Program-made: the position numbers and the translations under genes
Assembly: GCF_006345805.1 (NCBI RefSeq)
Contig: NC_043007.1
Span: 9,858,001 to 9,922,000 of the forward strand
Direction: 5' to 3'
Length of the DNA: 64,000 bases
Source: Octopus sinensis
Taxonomy: Eukaryota
Notes under the pieces: generated by a model
What the model saw: the letters and a program-made list of their open reading frames with translations, nothing else
What the model was told of the DNA's origin: nothing
Databases searched by the model: none
Shown: positions 12,815 to 24,422 of the stretch, one piece after another
How positions within the stretch are numbered: position 1 is the stretch's first letter
How the letters are laid out: the number at the start of each line of letters is the position of its first letter

Positions 12815-14070
12815 ATGCAGGAAAAGCAATGAAAGATGACAACCGATGCAAACTTTGTGGAGTTAACACCGAAGATATCACCCACATAATAAGCAGTTGT
12901 ACGAAAATGTCATCATGGTATTATCTACCGATGAGACATGATGCTGTAGCAAGGACACTTTATAATGAAATCCATCGGAAAGATAACCCCGAGGAGAAAG
13001 AGAGAATACCAAACGAGTTCCCTATGGATACCGTATTTATTACAACGAGTGGCTTGTAAACGTATCTAACAACGAAAGCGAGTTAGATACGTTTACAAGC
13101 CACGAGTTGTAATAAATACGGTATCCATAGGGAATGAGTTTGGTATTTTATTTATTACACACGAATAAACGACCATATTTAACAAAACCATTCACCTTGA
13201 TATCGACAACAGTAGCCATCTTGTTGATAGATCTACCTGCACTGCAAGAGTATCGACGAGCAGACGAAATATGTTGTGATTTTTTGGGCAACAAAAATTG
13301 AATTACCACCAGAAATGTTTATATTTTATGTATATGACTAGTGATATCTGGTATAAAAAAGATAGTATGTTTGTTTAATTACATGGCTACATTCTACCTG
13401 CTCGTGAAAGTAATGAATGAAGTTTAGTTGTAACTTATAATGACAAAAGTAGTGCCGTCACCGTGACCTCGGGTCATCACCATGGATTGACCAATCAGAA
13501 GCAGCGCTCGCAGTATCTGACATATGTTAGATACCAAAAATATCTCAAAGTGTTCTCACTCACATGTGTGTAATAAAGAAATAAGAACCCACAATATGGT
13601 AGAAGCCACTCATAATAAAAAGGGGTACTGGTGGAATGTACCAGTCAAGACCTCAATAAAATGTAAGCACATTGATATAATGATTTGGGATAGAGAAGAG
13701 AAACTGTGCACAGTTGTGGAAATTACCTGCCTTGCTGATGTTAACATAAAACTGAGGATCAATGAAAAAGAGAATATGTTAGCTGATCTATTGAGAAATC
13801 TGCAGTTACTCTATCCAAATTACAAGTTCAGGCTTATACCTGTAATTATTGGGGCACTGGGATATGTAACACATTGCCTAAATACCAATGTTGAGAAACT
13901 AGGCTGCTCAAAACCAGAAAGGAGAATCAATTCGAAGACTACAGATCCAATCCATCACTGGAACTGTAAAAATACCTGAAACTTTCCAGAAGTTTATCAT
14001 TTGAATATATATGAGCATGTCTAGATATGTAACTATATGCATGAGAATACAAGCATGAAACAAAACATAC
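12815..14070 (+). mobile_element. R4/Dong-type (RLE) non-LTR 3' end, split by the 13002-13574 insertion
   Basis: CCHC knuckle CKLCGVNTEDITHIISSC and RHDAVA (12840-12960); RLE-like region WWNVPV..IDIMIWD..VVEITC..IPVIIGALG (13630-13865); removing the insert restores the frame EEKE-IRTHN. Confidence 0.85.
13002..13574. mobile_element. Non-autonomous 573-bp element with a terminal 66-bp-arm hairpin, flanked by an AAAGA direct repeat (possibly Crypton/tyrosine-recombinase type)
   Basis: Stem 13005-13070 pairs with 13082-13147; AAAGA at 12997-13001 and 13575-13579; precise interruption of the LINE reading frame. Confidence 0.75.
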
Positions 14071-14115
14071 AAATCTGCACATATATATATATACATATAT
14101 AATACATACATACAT

Positions 14116-14433
14116 AAACGGTAAACGTCGCCCATTTCAAGCCTAGCCAGGCTCATGGGCCTAGTTTCCCAGTTTCTGTAGTGTATGTGTTCCCCCCAGC
14201 TGGACGGAATGCCAGTCCATCGCAGCGTTACTCACGAAACATGAAGAGAGAATGAGAGAAAGTTGTGGAGAAAGAGTACAACAGGAGTCGCCACGCCCCC
14301 CACTGCCGGAGCCTAGTGGAGCTTTTAGGTGTTTTCGCTCACAAAACACACACAACGCCCGGTCTGGGAATCGAAACCGCGATCCTCCGACCGCGAGTCC
14401 GCTGCCTTAACCACTGGGCCATTGCGCCTCCAC
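14116..14433 (-). mobile_element. SINE-R head with alternative tail (R2 type)
   Basis: Head identical to SINE-R; tail ctgcgatggactggcattccgtccagctgg...aaactgggaaactaggcccatgagcc, related to 33420-33722. Confidence 0.8.
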
Positions 14434-14585
14434 ACACACACGCACACCCCACACATCACACACACACACGCACGCACGCAGCGCACGCACCACGCACGCA
14501 CACCACACACACCCATACACATACATACATACATACATCTACATACATACTACATCCATACATACATACATACTATACATATATA

Positions 14586-14635
<50 letters not shown>

Positions 14636-14973
14636 GATATATATATATAAAACAAAATACCCTATTGTGATGTTGAAATTCCAGTGAAGAAGCCTTGAAT
14701 CTCGGTTCGAAACTGGCTCTTTCTCTATTGGCAAGAAATCTTGATACATACATACACGATGGGTTTCCACGCAGTTTCTGTCTACTAAATTCACTCACAA
14801 AACTTTAGCTGGCCCGGGGTTATAGTAGAAAACATTTTGGCCAAGGTGTCACACAGTAGGATTGAACTTAAAATCACTTGATTGTAAATCGGCCTTCTTA
14901 ACCACGGAGCCATGCCTGTGGTTATTTGTCTGTTTTCTGTTTTTATTGAATCAAATTTTTAAACATGCCCATA

Positions 14974-15387
14974 GGCACAGGAGTGGCTGTGTGGTAAGTA
15001 GCTTGTCTACCAACCACACGGTTCCGGTTGCAGTCCCACAGCGTGGCACCTGGGGCAAGTGTCTTCTACTACTATAGCCTCGGGCCGACCAAAGCCTTGT
15101 GAGTGGATTTGGTAGACGGAAATGAAGAAGTCCGTCGTATATATGTATAATATATATATATATATATATGCTTGTGTGTGGTGTGTGTGTGGTGTCTGTT
15201 TGTCCCCTAGCATGCTTGACAAACCGATGCTGGTGTGTTTATGGTCCCCGTTACTTAGCGGTCGGCAAAAGAGACCGATAGAATAATACTGGCTTACAAA
15301 AGAATAAGTCCCGGGGTCGAGTTGCTCGATTAAAGGCGGTGCTCCAGCATGGCCGCAGTCAAATGACTGAAACAAGAGTAAAAGAGT
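14974..15387 (+). mobile_element. SINE-B full length
   Basis: Head, (TA)/(TG) linker and tail all present. Confidence 0.9.
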
Positions 15388-16119
15388 ATGCCCATATATG
15401 TACGTGTGTGTGTGGGGGGTTATAACTCCTTTGCCCCTGTAGTTTTTAAATAATTTTGTTTTGTCTATCCCCACATATCTTGAAACCTCTATCCACACGT
15501 CTGTTACTGAAAGCATGAGAGGACTCTGATGCTAATAATAAAGAAATTATTACAGCTATCCCGCAAAACACTTTCTTAGCTTAGTCCTGAACGAAATACC
15601 TTTTCTCAAACACCTCCTGTGCAGCAAAAGTCGCTAAAAATGCTTTCTCACTTCCCACTTCTCTCTCTCTCTCTCTCTCTCACACTCACTTTCTAGCCCT
15701 CCCTCTTTCACCTTTTACTATCTCTTCTCCCTTGCTTATTCCCTCTCTCTCTTTCTCTCTCACGTTATCTTTACTATTTTAACAGAGATTGGAGAGCCTG
15801 AAGCTTTTGCACTTCAAAGACATGTTTCTACCAATACTCAGTTCAGTGTATTGACGAGATAAACGAGTGATAAGACAGTAAAAGCTATCACTTGTAGAAT
15901 CTTATAAAAATAGCTGAAACTGTTTTAAATGAATGAAATTGAACGAATATTTTCCTACCACTGGCCTTGAATCCAAAGCTCTTCGTTCAATCTTGAACTG
16001 TCATCTTAACGAACTATCTTCAGAGTAGTACCGCACTATCTGTAATGAACTACTTATGTGTTCTCTCGGAGCGTTCCATCTCATCAAAGACAAGTAATGA
16101 TGATAATAATAATGTCTTC

Positions 16120-16692
16120 AAATTTTGGCACAAGGGTAGCAATTTTGGAGAAGGGGATGAATCGATTACATCGACTTGGGTGTTCAACTGGTACTTGTTT
16201 TATCGACCCCCAAAAGGATGAAACGCGAAGTCGACCTCGGTGGAATTTGAACTCGGAACGTAAAGACAGATAAAATACCTATTTCTTTACTACCCACAAG
16301 GTGCTAAACACATAGAGGACAATCAAGGACAGACAAACGGATTAAGTCGATTATATCGACCCCAATGCGTAACTGGTACTTAATCGACCCCGAAAGGATG
16401 AAAGGCAAAGTCGACCACGGCGGAATTTGAACTCAGAACGTAGCGGCAGACGAAATACCTATTTCTTTACTACCCACAAGAGGCTAGACATAGAGGGGAC
16501 GAACAAGGACAGACAAACGGATTAAGTCGATTATATCGACCCCAGTGCGTAACAGGTACTTATTTAATCGACCCCGAAAGGATGAAAGGCAAAGTGGACC
16601 TCGGCGGAATTTGAACTCAGAACGTAAATGCAGACGAAATATGGCTACGCATTTCGCCCGGCGCGCTAACGTTTCTGCCAGCTCGCCGCCTT
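16120..16692 (-). mobile_element. SINE-A concatemer (A1, A1, then an older unit), period about 180 bp
   Basis: Junction aaatacc|tatttctttactaccc repeated at about 16278 and 16458; a single head ends at 16692. Confidence 0.88.
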
Positions 16693-16890
16693 AATAATAA
16701 TAATAATAATCCTTTCTTCTATAAGCACAAGCCCTGCATTTTATGGGAGAGGAACAGTAGATCGCATCGACGCCACTACTCAACTGGTATTTAATCTATT
16801 GACCCCGAAATGATGAAAGACAACGTCGACCTCGGTTGAAGTTGAACTCAGAACGTAAAAACTGACGAAATACCACTAAGCCTTTCGCCT

Positions 16891-19725
16891 GTAGAGTCTA
16901 TCTCGAACCGGTAGTGGCCCCGATAGCACTGCCAAGCCAAAGACATCTGGAAATTATCGATAATAGTCCCCGACCAAGAGTCCTCCGGAACTAACTAGTC
17001 AGTTCATCTTCATCAACGACCAGATATGTCGTCGCACTTTCCCGCAACTAGTTCTCTATAAATAGCTAAAGTGGAACATCCACCGATCCTGTTACCCGGC
17101 TTGTAGAAGACAGTGAGCGCCTGACTACATTCTAAGTGCCAGGCGTCCAGTCTTGGTCTATCCTTCACTCAGGACTGCAGTTCCGTAAAAGAGAAGAGTT
17201 GCGGAAACACATGCCGCACAAACGGATCCCACACACATTCACCATATAGAAATCATTGCAGGTGACGAAACCTGAGCGCATGTCTGCGCATCAAAAGCCA
17301 CAGCATGCCTAAGCCACCATACAGAGAGAGCTGACAAGATTGATCGCCTGATTACTGAAATACGTCCCTTCCACAAGAACATGAACAAGCAATAACTGAG
17401 GCAAGGCACGACGGCCAGACGATAAATGATAACGAAGGCGAGTAGGCATTTGCCACTTCTGCATGTCCTTTGAAGGACAGCTTCCTCTTAGACCATTTCT
17501 GGGTAAGACTGGCTACCTTGTTCGTCACCTCGTCTCACTTCTTAGACCAAACCAGACCCCGAGCACTTTTGACTGGTCCGTCAGTCCAGCGTCCGACGGC
17601 GCCATCTGACGGCTTCGACCTGCCTCTCCATGTTCCACGTCGCAAATTCACTGACTTCTCGTCATTGATTTTAGCCCTTGCAACCGACTCATATTCTTCC
17701 AGAATGGTGCCAACCGTCTGCACCTCGGAAGCGTCCGACACCATGACGTTGACGTCGTCTGCGTATGCATACACTGCTCTTCCGAGTCTCAGTTCGAAAG
17801 GAATGCCTTTCAATTGTTCCAAGTTGAACCCAGTTTTAGTCCCAGCCCTCTCTGTGATGTATCGCATAAGGTGGAGGTTGTCGTGGATAGGCCTATTCGG
17901 GATTGCGCACGTTTGTGCTTCCCTTACTAGACTACCAACGACAAGCGCCAACCTTTTCGCTGATACCTTGTCCAAAATCTTAAACTCTGTGTTTAGCAGA
18001 GTTATGGGCCGAAAATTCCTTAATATATGTCTCCACTGTCGACGTCCTTCTTCAGCAGTGTAACCACACTACGACTAACAGCACTGGGAATTCTCCCATT
18101 CTGTTTCCAGTTGCGGTAAACATATACCAAGCTATCGCCAAACAAATCTGACATGAATACATAGAATTCGTAGAGCAGACAATCTAAACCTGGCGATTTG
18201 CAACTTGTGCAATATCTCACTGCCTTTCGTATTTCAGTGGCCATTATCGGCTTTTCGCAGAACTTCGCATCCGCTGTCGACAGTCGTGCCAGGCTACCCA
18301 GGTACGAACTAAAGTCCGCTACCTTCGTTGATCCACCACCCCCTCCAAATGGTTACGCGAAGTGATGCTGGAAAGCCGCACACATCTGCTCAGAACCATG
18401 CAACACGCGTCCATCCCGATCCATCAAAGATCCGATCCTGGTTTTGTTGCCACGTCGCCTCTCCACCGTTCGAACCCATCGGACGGCTTTAGTTCCTACA
18501 TGTTTTAGCGCACGGGCCTTAGCTCTGACAACGCAGCCTTCGTGTTTCACCTCAAAGAAATAGTCAAAAGCCATTCTCGCCGCTACCATATCAGTCGCAA
18601 TGCATTTACTAATCGCCTCTTCGAGTTTGCTAACTAGTTCTCCCTTTAATCTGTTTCTTTCTATTACTAACTTTTTGCTAAACTTTATTGATTCTGCTCT
18701 AATCACTTTCTTCAGGGTTATCCATCATCGGTTGTTAACGATTGCTCCCGTCAACTGCCGCTTAATTAGTGTCGCTAATCTGGTCCCTGTAGTCTTTGCG
18801 TGCAGGAAAGGGCACAATCAACTTCCAGTAACCGGATCCTCGTCTACGCGTCCTATCTAAATCGACCGTGCAGATCATAAATTTGTGGTCTGTGTAGCCC
18901 GCCAATTTGAATTGTGAACACCCTATAATAACCTTATCCGCTGACCTAACAAATACTTTACCTAGATACGATCTGGATGACCCATTCTGATTGCTCCATG
19001 TTCACAATGGCACATCAGGTATATCCAGTCGATACCTGCCGGAAAGCTGGAGGATTCTGAGCAGGTTTTCGAGGCTTTTACACCCCACTTCTTCTATATA
19101 CTAAACCCACACAGTTCTTCCACGCATCCAAAATACCATTCCAGTCCCTCATTAGTACTAAAGTGCGAGATGTTCCCAGGAATGTTTCTTGACGCCAGAA
19201 GAAATCTGGCCTCCCAGCCCCTGTCGGAGCATACACGGCCACCAATCTAAAGGTACTACCTTCACCGCCATTCACATCTAGGACCATCAACCTACCGCCC
19301 GGGTCTAAGAAGAGTGTTCTTACTTTGAGGCCAAAGCCTTTTCGGAGTAACACTGCTGCACCGCCGCCCGCTCTCGACAGACCCCAAGATGAAAATACTT
19401 CGTAGTCTTCAAAAATGGTTGCAAGAGCATATTTCCCGGTAATTCTCATCTCGCTAATTGCTATCGCTTCTAAATTTAAGGACCTGAGATCGTTGAGCAG
19501 GTGACCCTGTTTCCTAGCCGAATCCAGACCTCGAACATTTACACAGCCAACTCTAAGTGTAGCCATTTAGCTTAGAGGAAATAAAATGGAATTACACACC
19601 TTGGTCTCCAGGGATGACAATTGACAGTCTTCATTTTGTTCGAGGGGGTAATGAGGAAGAGTTTTTCTAGGTAGTGTTTCTTTTTCTTTTTTCTTTTTTG
19701 GTGGGAGGGGGATAACTTACTGAAC
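16891..19725 (-). pseudogene. Tx1/L1-clade LINE ORF2 relic (APE endonuclease, RT, zf-RVT start), frameshifted and internally deleted
   Basis: MATLRVGCVNVRGL..LVAVYAP (APE, 19078-19566); YTDHKF..GYWKL; KSPGLDCLLYEFY (about 18190); YAYADDV (about 17760); LAWQCYRG..LPVRDRL (about 16920); the DxxKAFD and QGxPLSP segments are missing near 17825. Confidence 0.9.
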
Positions 19726-19726
19726 A

Positions 19727-19779
19727 TCATCATCATCATTGTTCGACCGTGGTCGAGACAATGGAATTTGCCATGCTAC
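19727..19779 (-). mobile_element. RTE-type LINE extreme 3' end, running into the gap
   Basis: Reverse complement of 21361-21420 (gtagcatgg.aaattccattgtctcgaccacggtcgaacaatgatgatg). Confidence 0.8.
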
Positions 19780-19879
19780 NNNNNNNNNNNNNNNNNNNNN
19801 NNNNNNNNNNNNNNNNNNNNNNNNNNNNNNNNNNNNNNNNNNNNNNNNNNNNNNNNNNNNNNNNNNNNNNNNNNNNNNN
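19780..19879. other. Assembly gap (100 N)
   Basis: Run of N. Confidence 1.
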
Positions 19880-20633
19880 GAAGGAAGGAAGATTGTAAGA
19901 GGAAGAAAGGAAAAACAAAGGAAGACGGTAAAAAGGAGGAAGGAGAAAGAGAGAAAGAAAATTGTAAGACTGAAAGAATGAGAGAGGAGAGGAAGAAAGG
20001 AAGGAAAAAGAAGAAGGATGGATTAGAGGAATAAAAAAATGGAAGTTGTAAGAAAGAAGGAAGAAAAGGAAGAAAGGATGTGAGAAGGAGAAAATAGAAG
20101 AAAAATGAAAGAAAAGAAAGAATTTAAAAACGATACAAAGAAGAAAGATACAGTATAAGAGAGAAGTGGAATACTTAAAGCGAACAAAAAGGGACAGAAA
20201 GAAAGAAAGAAAGAAAGGATGAAAAGCAAGGAGGGAGAAAGAAAGAGGGGAAAAGAAAGTTAAAGAAAGAAAGAAGAGAGAAAGAGAAAAGAAAAAGAGA
20301 GAAAGAAACAAAGAAAACATGAAGTAAGCAAAGAAGGAAGGAAGGAAGGAAGGAAGGAAGAAAGAAAGAAAAAATAAAGAAAGAAAGGCATGACGAAAGA
20401 AAGAATGTGAAAAAGAGAAAAGGAAGTGAAAAAGACAGTGAAAAAGAAAGAAAGAGTAAGTGAGAAAGGAAAGAAGAGAGAAAGAGAAAAGAAAAGGAGA
20501 GAAAGACAGAAAGACATGAAGAAAAAAGGAAAGAAAGTGAAAGAGAGAGAAAGAGAAAGAAAAAGAGAGAAAGGAAGGAAGAAAAAGAAAGGGAAAAGAA
20601 AGAAAGAAAGAAAGAAAGAAAGGAAGGAAGAAA

Positions 20634-20698
<65 letters not shown>

Positions 20699-20712
20699 GA
20701 AGAAAGAAAGAA
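19880..20712. repeat. About 830-bp polypurine tract ending in (GAAA)n
   Basis: Almost purely A/G on the + strand. Confidence 0.95.
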
Positions 20713-20784
20713 ACACGGGCGAGTAACGCAATTTTTTTATCTGCATTACTTTCTCACTTTAGTATATATTTATGTATGACAGAA

Positions 20785-20818
<34 letters not shown>

Positions 20819-21036
20819 AGGTAAACAAATTATCGTAAAAATTTTATTCCAACGGTGAGCAAGAGATTTAACAAATTTAAAATTTAATAAATTTATTGCA
20901 AAAAATAAGTCCATCGTTATTGATGTTATTGTTTACCTCCAATTTAATCCCTGACTGAGCAGACCTATGATCAATGACTTTCCGGCAAGGAACGTCTACG
21001 TTCTTATCAGAAACAGTGTATATATATATAGCAATT

Positions 21037-21421
21037 CAAAGAAGCTTGAGAGGCGGTTGGATGGAACCTACACTCGCCTCCTTATGAGAGCTCAAAATCT
21101 CTCGTGGAAGCGTCATCCAACCAAAATGCAAATATATGGGAAACTACCACCTGTGTCATCTCTTGTGAAAGGTAGGAGAGTCCAGTTTGCTTGACATTGT
21201 TGTAGAGCTGAAAAAGAGGTAATTTCTACTCTCCTCCTCTGGAAGCCATCTACTCGCAATGCCAGAGGGCGCACACTCTCCTACCCTGATGTAATCTCCA
21301 GGGATACAGGCATCCAGCAACAGGACCTCCGTAATGCCATGATGGACCGTGAAGTCTGGCGTAGCATGGTAAATTCCATTGTCTCGACCACGGTCGAACA
21401 ATGAGGATGATGATGATGATG
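21037..21421 (+). mobile_element. 5'-truncated RTE-type LINE with (GAT)n tail and 9-bp TSD
   Basis: KKLERRLDGTYTRLLMRAQNLSW..RRVQFA*HC..LLWKP..DREVWR; TSD atagcaatt at 21028-21036 and 21422-21430. Confidence 0.88.
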
Positions 21422-21684
21422 ATAGCAATTAATACACATAACAAGAAGATATTGTTAGGAAGACTGCAACACAAACGAAAATATTATCGACTTTTAAAAG
21501 GCAGAAACTGAAGTGGTTTGTTTATGCAGCACGACGACGCCTTGACACTTTACCCCTAAGGAGAAGAAGAAAAACCTTGGGGGAAAAGACAGGTATAGAG
21601 AAACCACAAAAGTGATGATATGCAATGTTAAGGAATGGATAGCGCAGCTAGGTGGTGATATGGGAGCGGTCCGTCTCGGGCGAC

Positions 21685-21918
21685 AAGGCGGCAAGCTAGC
21701 AGAAACGTTAGAACGTCGGGCGAAATGCTTAGCAGTATTTCGTCTGCCGTTACGTTGTGAGTTCAAATTCCGCCGAGGTCGACTTTACCTTTCATCCTTT
21801 CGGGGGCGATAAATTAAGTACCATTTACGCACTGGGGTCAATGTAATCGACTTAATACCTATATCTGTCCTTGTTTGTCCCCTCTATGTTTTGCCCCTTG
21901 TGAGTAATAAAGAAACAG
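21685..21918 (+). mobile_element. SINE-A1
   Basis: aaggcggcaagctagcagaaacgttag head to gtaataaagaaac tail, followed by aggtattt. Confidence 0.88.
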
Positions 21919-22438
21919 GTATTTAAAAAAATAAGTGGCACTTTTTTTTTTAGATAAGAGGGTAAGGTTTCAAAGTGTTCTAGTTGCTATTTCTTGCATA
22001 TTAAGCGGCTGTGTTCATGTTGCTAATGTTGTTGTTGTTGTTGTTGTTAAGCACAAGACGGGTAAGGGTGATTAGATGATGGTATAGGGCTTAGGGGCGG
22101 GAGACCCCAGACTTTGAAAAAAAAAACTTTGGTTGTCTTGTTGTAGTCGAGGGCTCTTCGTTGACGCCCGACACCACTGGGAGGTGGCCCTCGAAGTCGC
22201 TGGAAATGGAGATCTCCAGGTCCAAATTCTTGGACGGCTGTTGTTGCTGCTGCTTTTGTTGTTGTTCTTGTGTAGCCCCCCAGATCAGCCTAAATGCAAC
22301 ACAGTAACAGCCTATACAGTCGTATGGCAAACCGAATGTTGATAGTCGGCCAAATTGTTCCATTCTACCGGTTATATCTCTTTACCAGCAGGAGAGCATA
22401 CTGTACACTCAAACATGCACTGGTAAATTGCATAGAGT

Positions 22439-22826
22439 GTGTGGAAGCACTCCGTCGGTTACGACGATGAGGGTTCCGGTTGATCCGAATCAACGGAACA
22501 GCCTGTTCGTGAAATTAACGTGTAAGTGGCTGAGCAATCCACAGACACGTGCACCCTTAACGTAGTTCTCGGGGATATTCAGCGTGACACAGAGAGTGAC
22601 AAGGCCGGCCCCTTGAAATACAGGTACAACAGAAACAGGAAGTAAGAGTGAGAGAAAGTTGCGGTGAAAGAGTACAGCAGGGATCACCACCATCCCCTGC
22701 CGGAGCCTCGTGGAGCTTTTAGGTGTTTTCGCTCAATAAACACTCACAACGCCGGTCTGGGAATCGAAACCGCGATCCTATGACCGCGAGTCCGCTGCCC
22801 TAACCACTGGGCCATTGCGCCTCCAC
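22439..22826 (-). mobile_element. SINE-R full length with 10-bp TSD
   Basis: TSD tgcatagagt at 22429-22438 and 22827-22836; intact A and B boxes. Confidence 0.93.
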
Positions 22827-23426
22827 TGCATAGAGTACTGTGTAACAGAGTTTAGACATGTTCAGGTTGTGGCCACGGTAGATGCAGGCTTCATGAACTT
22901 GATTAAAGCGCGGCTGTTACTTTGTTACCTCTGTGCTTATTCTTACTTCTGTGCTTATTACTGGAGATATACGTCCCAGTAAAGTGTTTGGGACTAGTGT
23001 TGTTATTGATGTTGCAGCCTGTCTGTGTGTTTAACAGAACAAAACGCTGGCTAGCAGCCTATCTGTCAACCAGTGTCACGGTGTATATATGTTGGAATGT
23101 AGCGGCTGTGACTATACTGAAATACAATCCAGACAATTCTAACCTCCTCGACTTGGGTTGGGAGTGTACTTCAGGCGACCGATAATGCAATTTTATCCAG
23201 TGAAACAGTATCACTTATTTGAATGAAACGGTGAGAATGCGTTGGAATGTGAGGAATAAGATTACTGTGAAGTCAGATGAGCGAATAATAGGTTATCTTC
23301 AATACAGCAAAGCAAATACAAATAACAAAAATCAACAACAAAAGTCCAAGAGACGCTCGCAGTTAGTATTATTAGGTTGGCGCTCAAGAAAGGAAAAAAG
23401 TTATGGAGTAAATGTTTTAGAGTAAA

Positions 23427-23463
23427 AATATAACGTTTCGGATACGGTCCATCATCAGATACC
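23427..23463 (-). ncRNA. Minimal type I hammerhead ribozyme motif in a Penelope-pLTR-like context
   Basis: Minus strand GGTAT-CTGATGA-T-GGA(CCGTA)TCC-GAAAC-GTT-ATATT; the downstream ttgagcgcca..ctaata resembles family H. Confidence 0.6.
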
Positions 23464-23589
23464 AGAAAAAGTTCAGGGAGACACAAAAGGTGAAAGGAGA
23501 TAAAACAAAGGAGAGCCGGGAGAAAAACGCACGTGGGTTAGGTTCCCTGTTTGATCCCTTACTAACCGGAAGTGTGAAAGGTAATTGTA

Positions 23590-23886
23590 AGGCGGCGAGC
23601 TGGCAGAAATTAAGACGGCGAGCTGGCAGAAAAAGGCGGCGAGCTGGCAGAAATAAGGCGACGAGCTGGCAGAATCGTTAGCACGTCGGGTGAAATGCGT
23701 AGCCGTATTTCGTCTGCCGTTACGTTCTGAGTTCAAATTCCGCCGAGGTCGGCTTTGACTTTCATCCTTTCGGGGTCGATAAATTAAGTACCAGTTACGC
23801 ACTGGGGTCGATGTAATCGACTTAATACCATTGTCTGTCCTTATTTGTCCCCTCTATGTTTAGCCCCTTGTGGGTAATAAAGAAAT
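23590..23886 (+). mobile_element. SINE-A1 with four tandem copies of its first about 22 nt and an 11-bp TSD
   Basis: (aggcggcgagctggcagaa..)x4 at 23589-23673; TSD aggtaattgta at 23579-23589 and 23887-23897. Confidence 0.9.
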
Positions 23887-24199
23887 AGGTAATTGTAGTT
23901 TCAGTGGCAAGAGAGTTATACTGGAGCGACATCTTCAATCTACTTAAGCAGCGAGTTGGCAGAGCCGTTTGGTGTGTTGGATACAACAGTGCTTTGCAGT
24001 ATCTGTTCTGGCTTATAGCGATCTGTGTTCAAATCCCTATGAGGTCAATTTTACATTTTATTCTACCCTATCCATCATGATACTGATCATCAACCCTTGG
24101 ATATTACTGTTAAGAGTCTTAGGACACATAGGACCAGTTACCCGATTTCCATTGCGTAAAAGTAGCCGAGTCCACAATACTTCCTGATAATGATGATAG

Positions 24200-24239
24200 A
24201 ATTAATAATAATAATAATAATTATTATTATTATTATTAA

Positions 24240-24276
<37 letters not shown>

Positions 24277-24389
24277 GTTATTGTTGTTGTTGTTGTTGTT
24301 GTTGTTGTATTTTGCCATAGTTGTATGAATGCGCATTTTATGTCAAATGAAAAAGGTTAATAATAATATTATTATTATTATTTAATATA

Positions 24390-24422
<33 letters not shown>

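Noticed and set aside
14681-14716. GTGAAGA-AGCC..GGTT-CGAAAC hammerhead-like motif
   Set aside because: Core C3 is absent and there is no NUH site after helix III
16120-16692. Regularly spaced direct repeats resembling a CRISPR array
   Set aside because: Units are whole about 180-bp SINE bodies without unique spacers; eukaryotic context and no cas genes
19736-20779. 336-aa Phe/Ser/Leu-rich and Lys/Glu/Arg-rich ORFs
   Set aside because: Translation of the polypurine tract, spanning an N gap
22091-22363. 90-aa minus-strand ORF with a poly-Q stretch
   Set aside because: No recognisable domain or splice signals; the Q-run comes from a (TTG/CTG)n repeat
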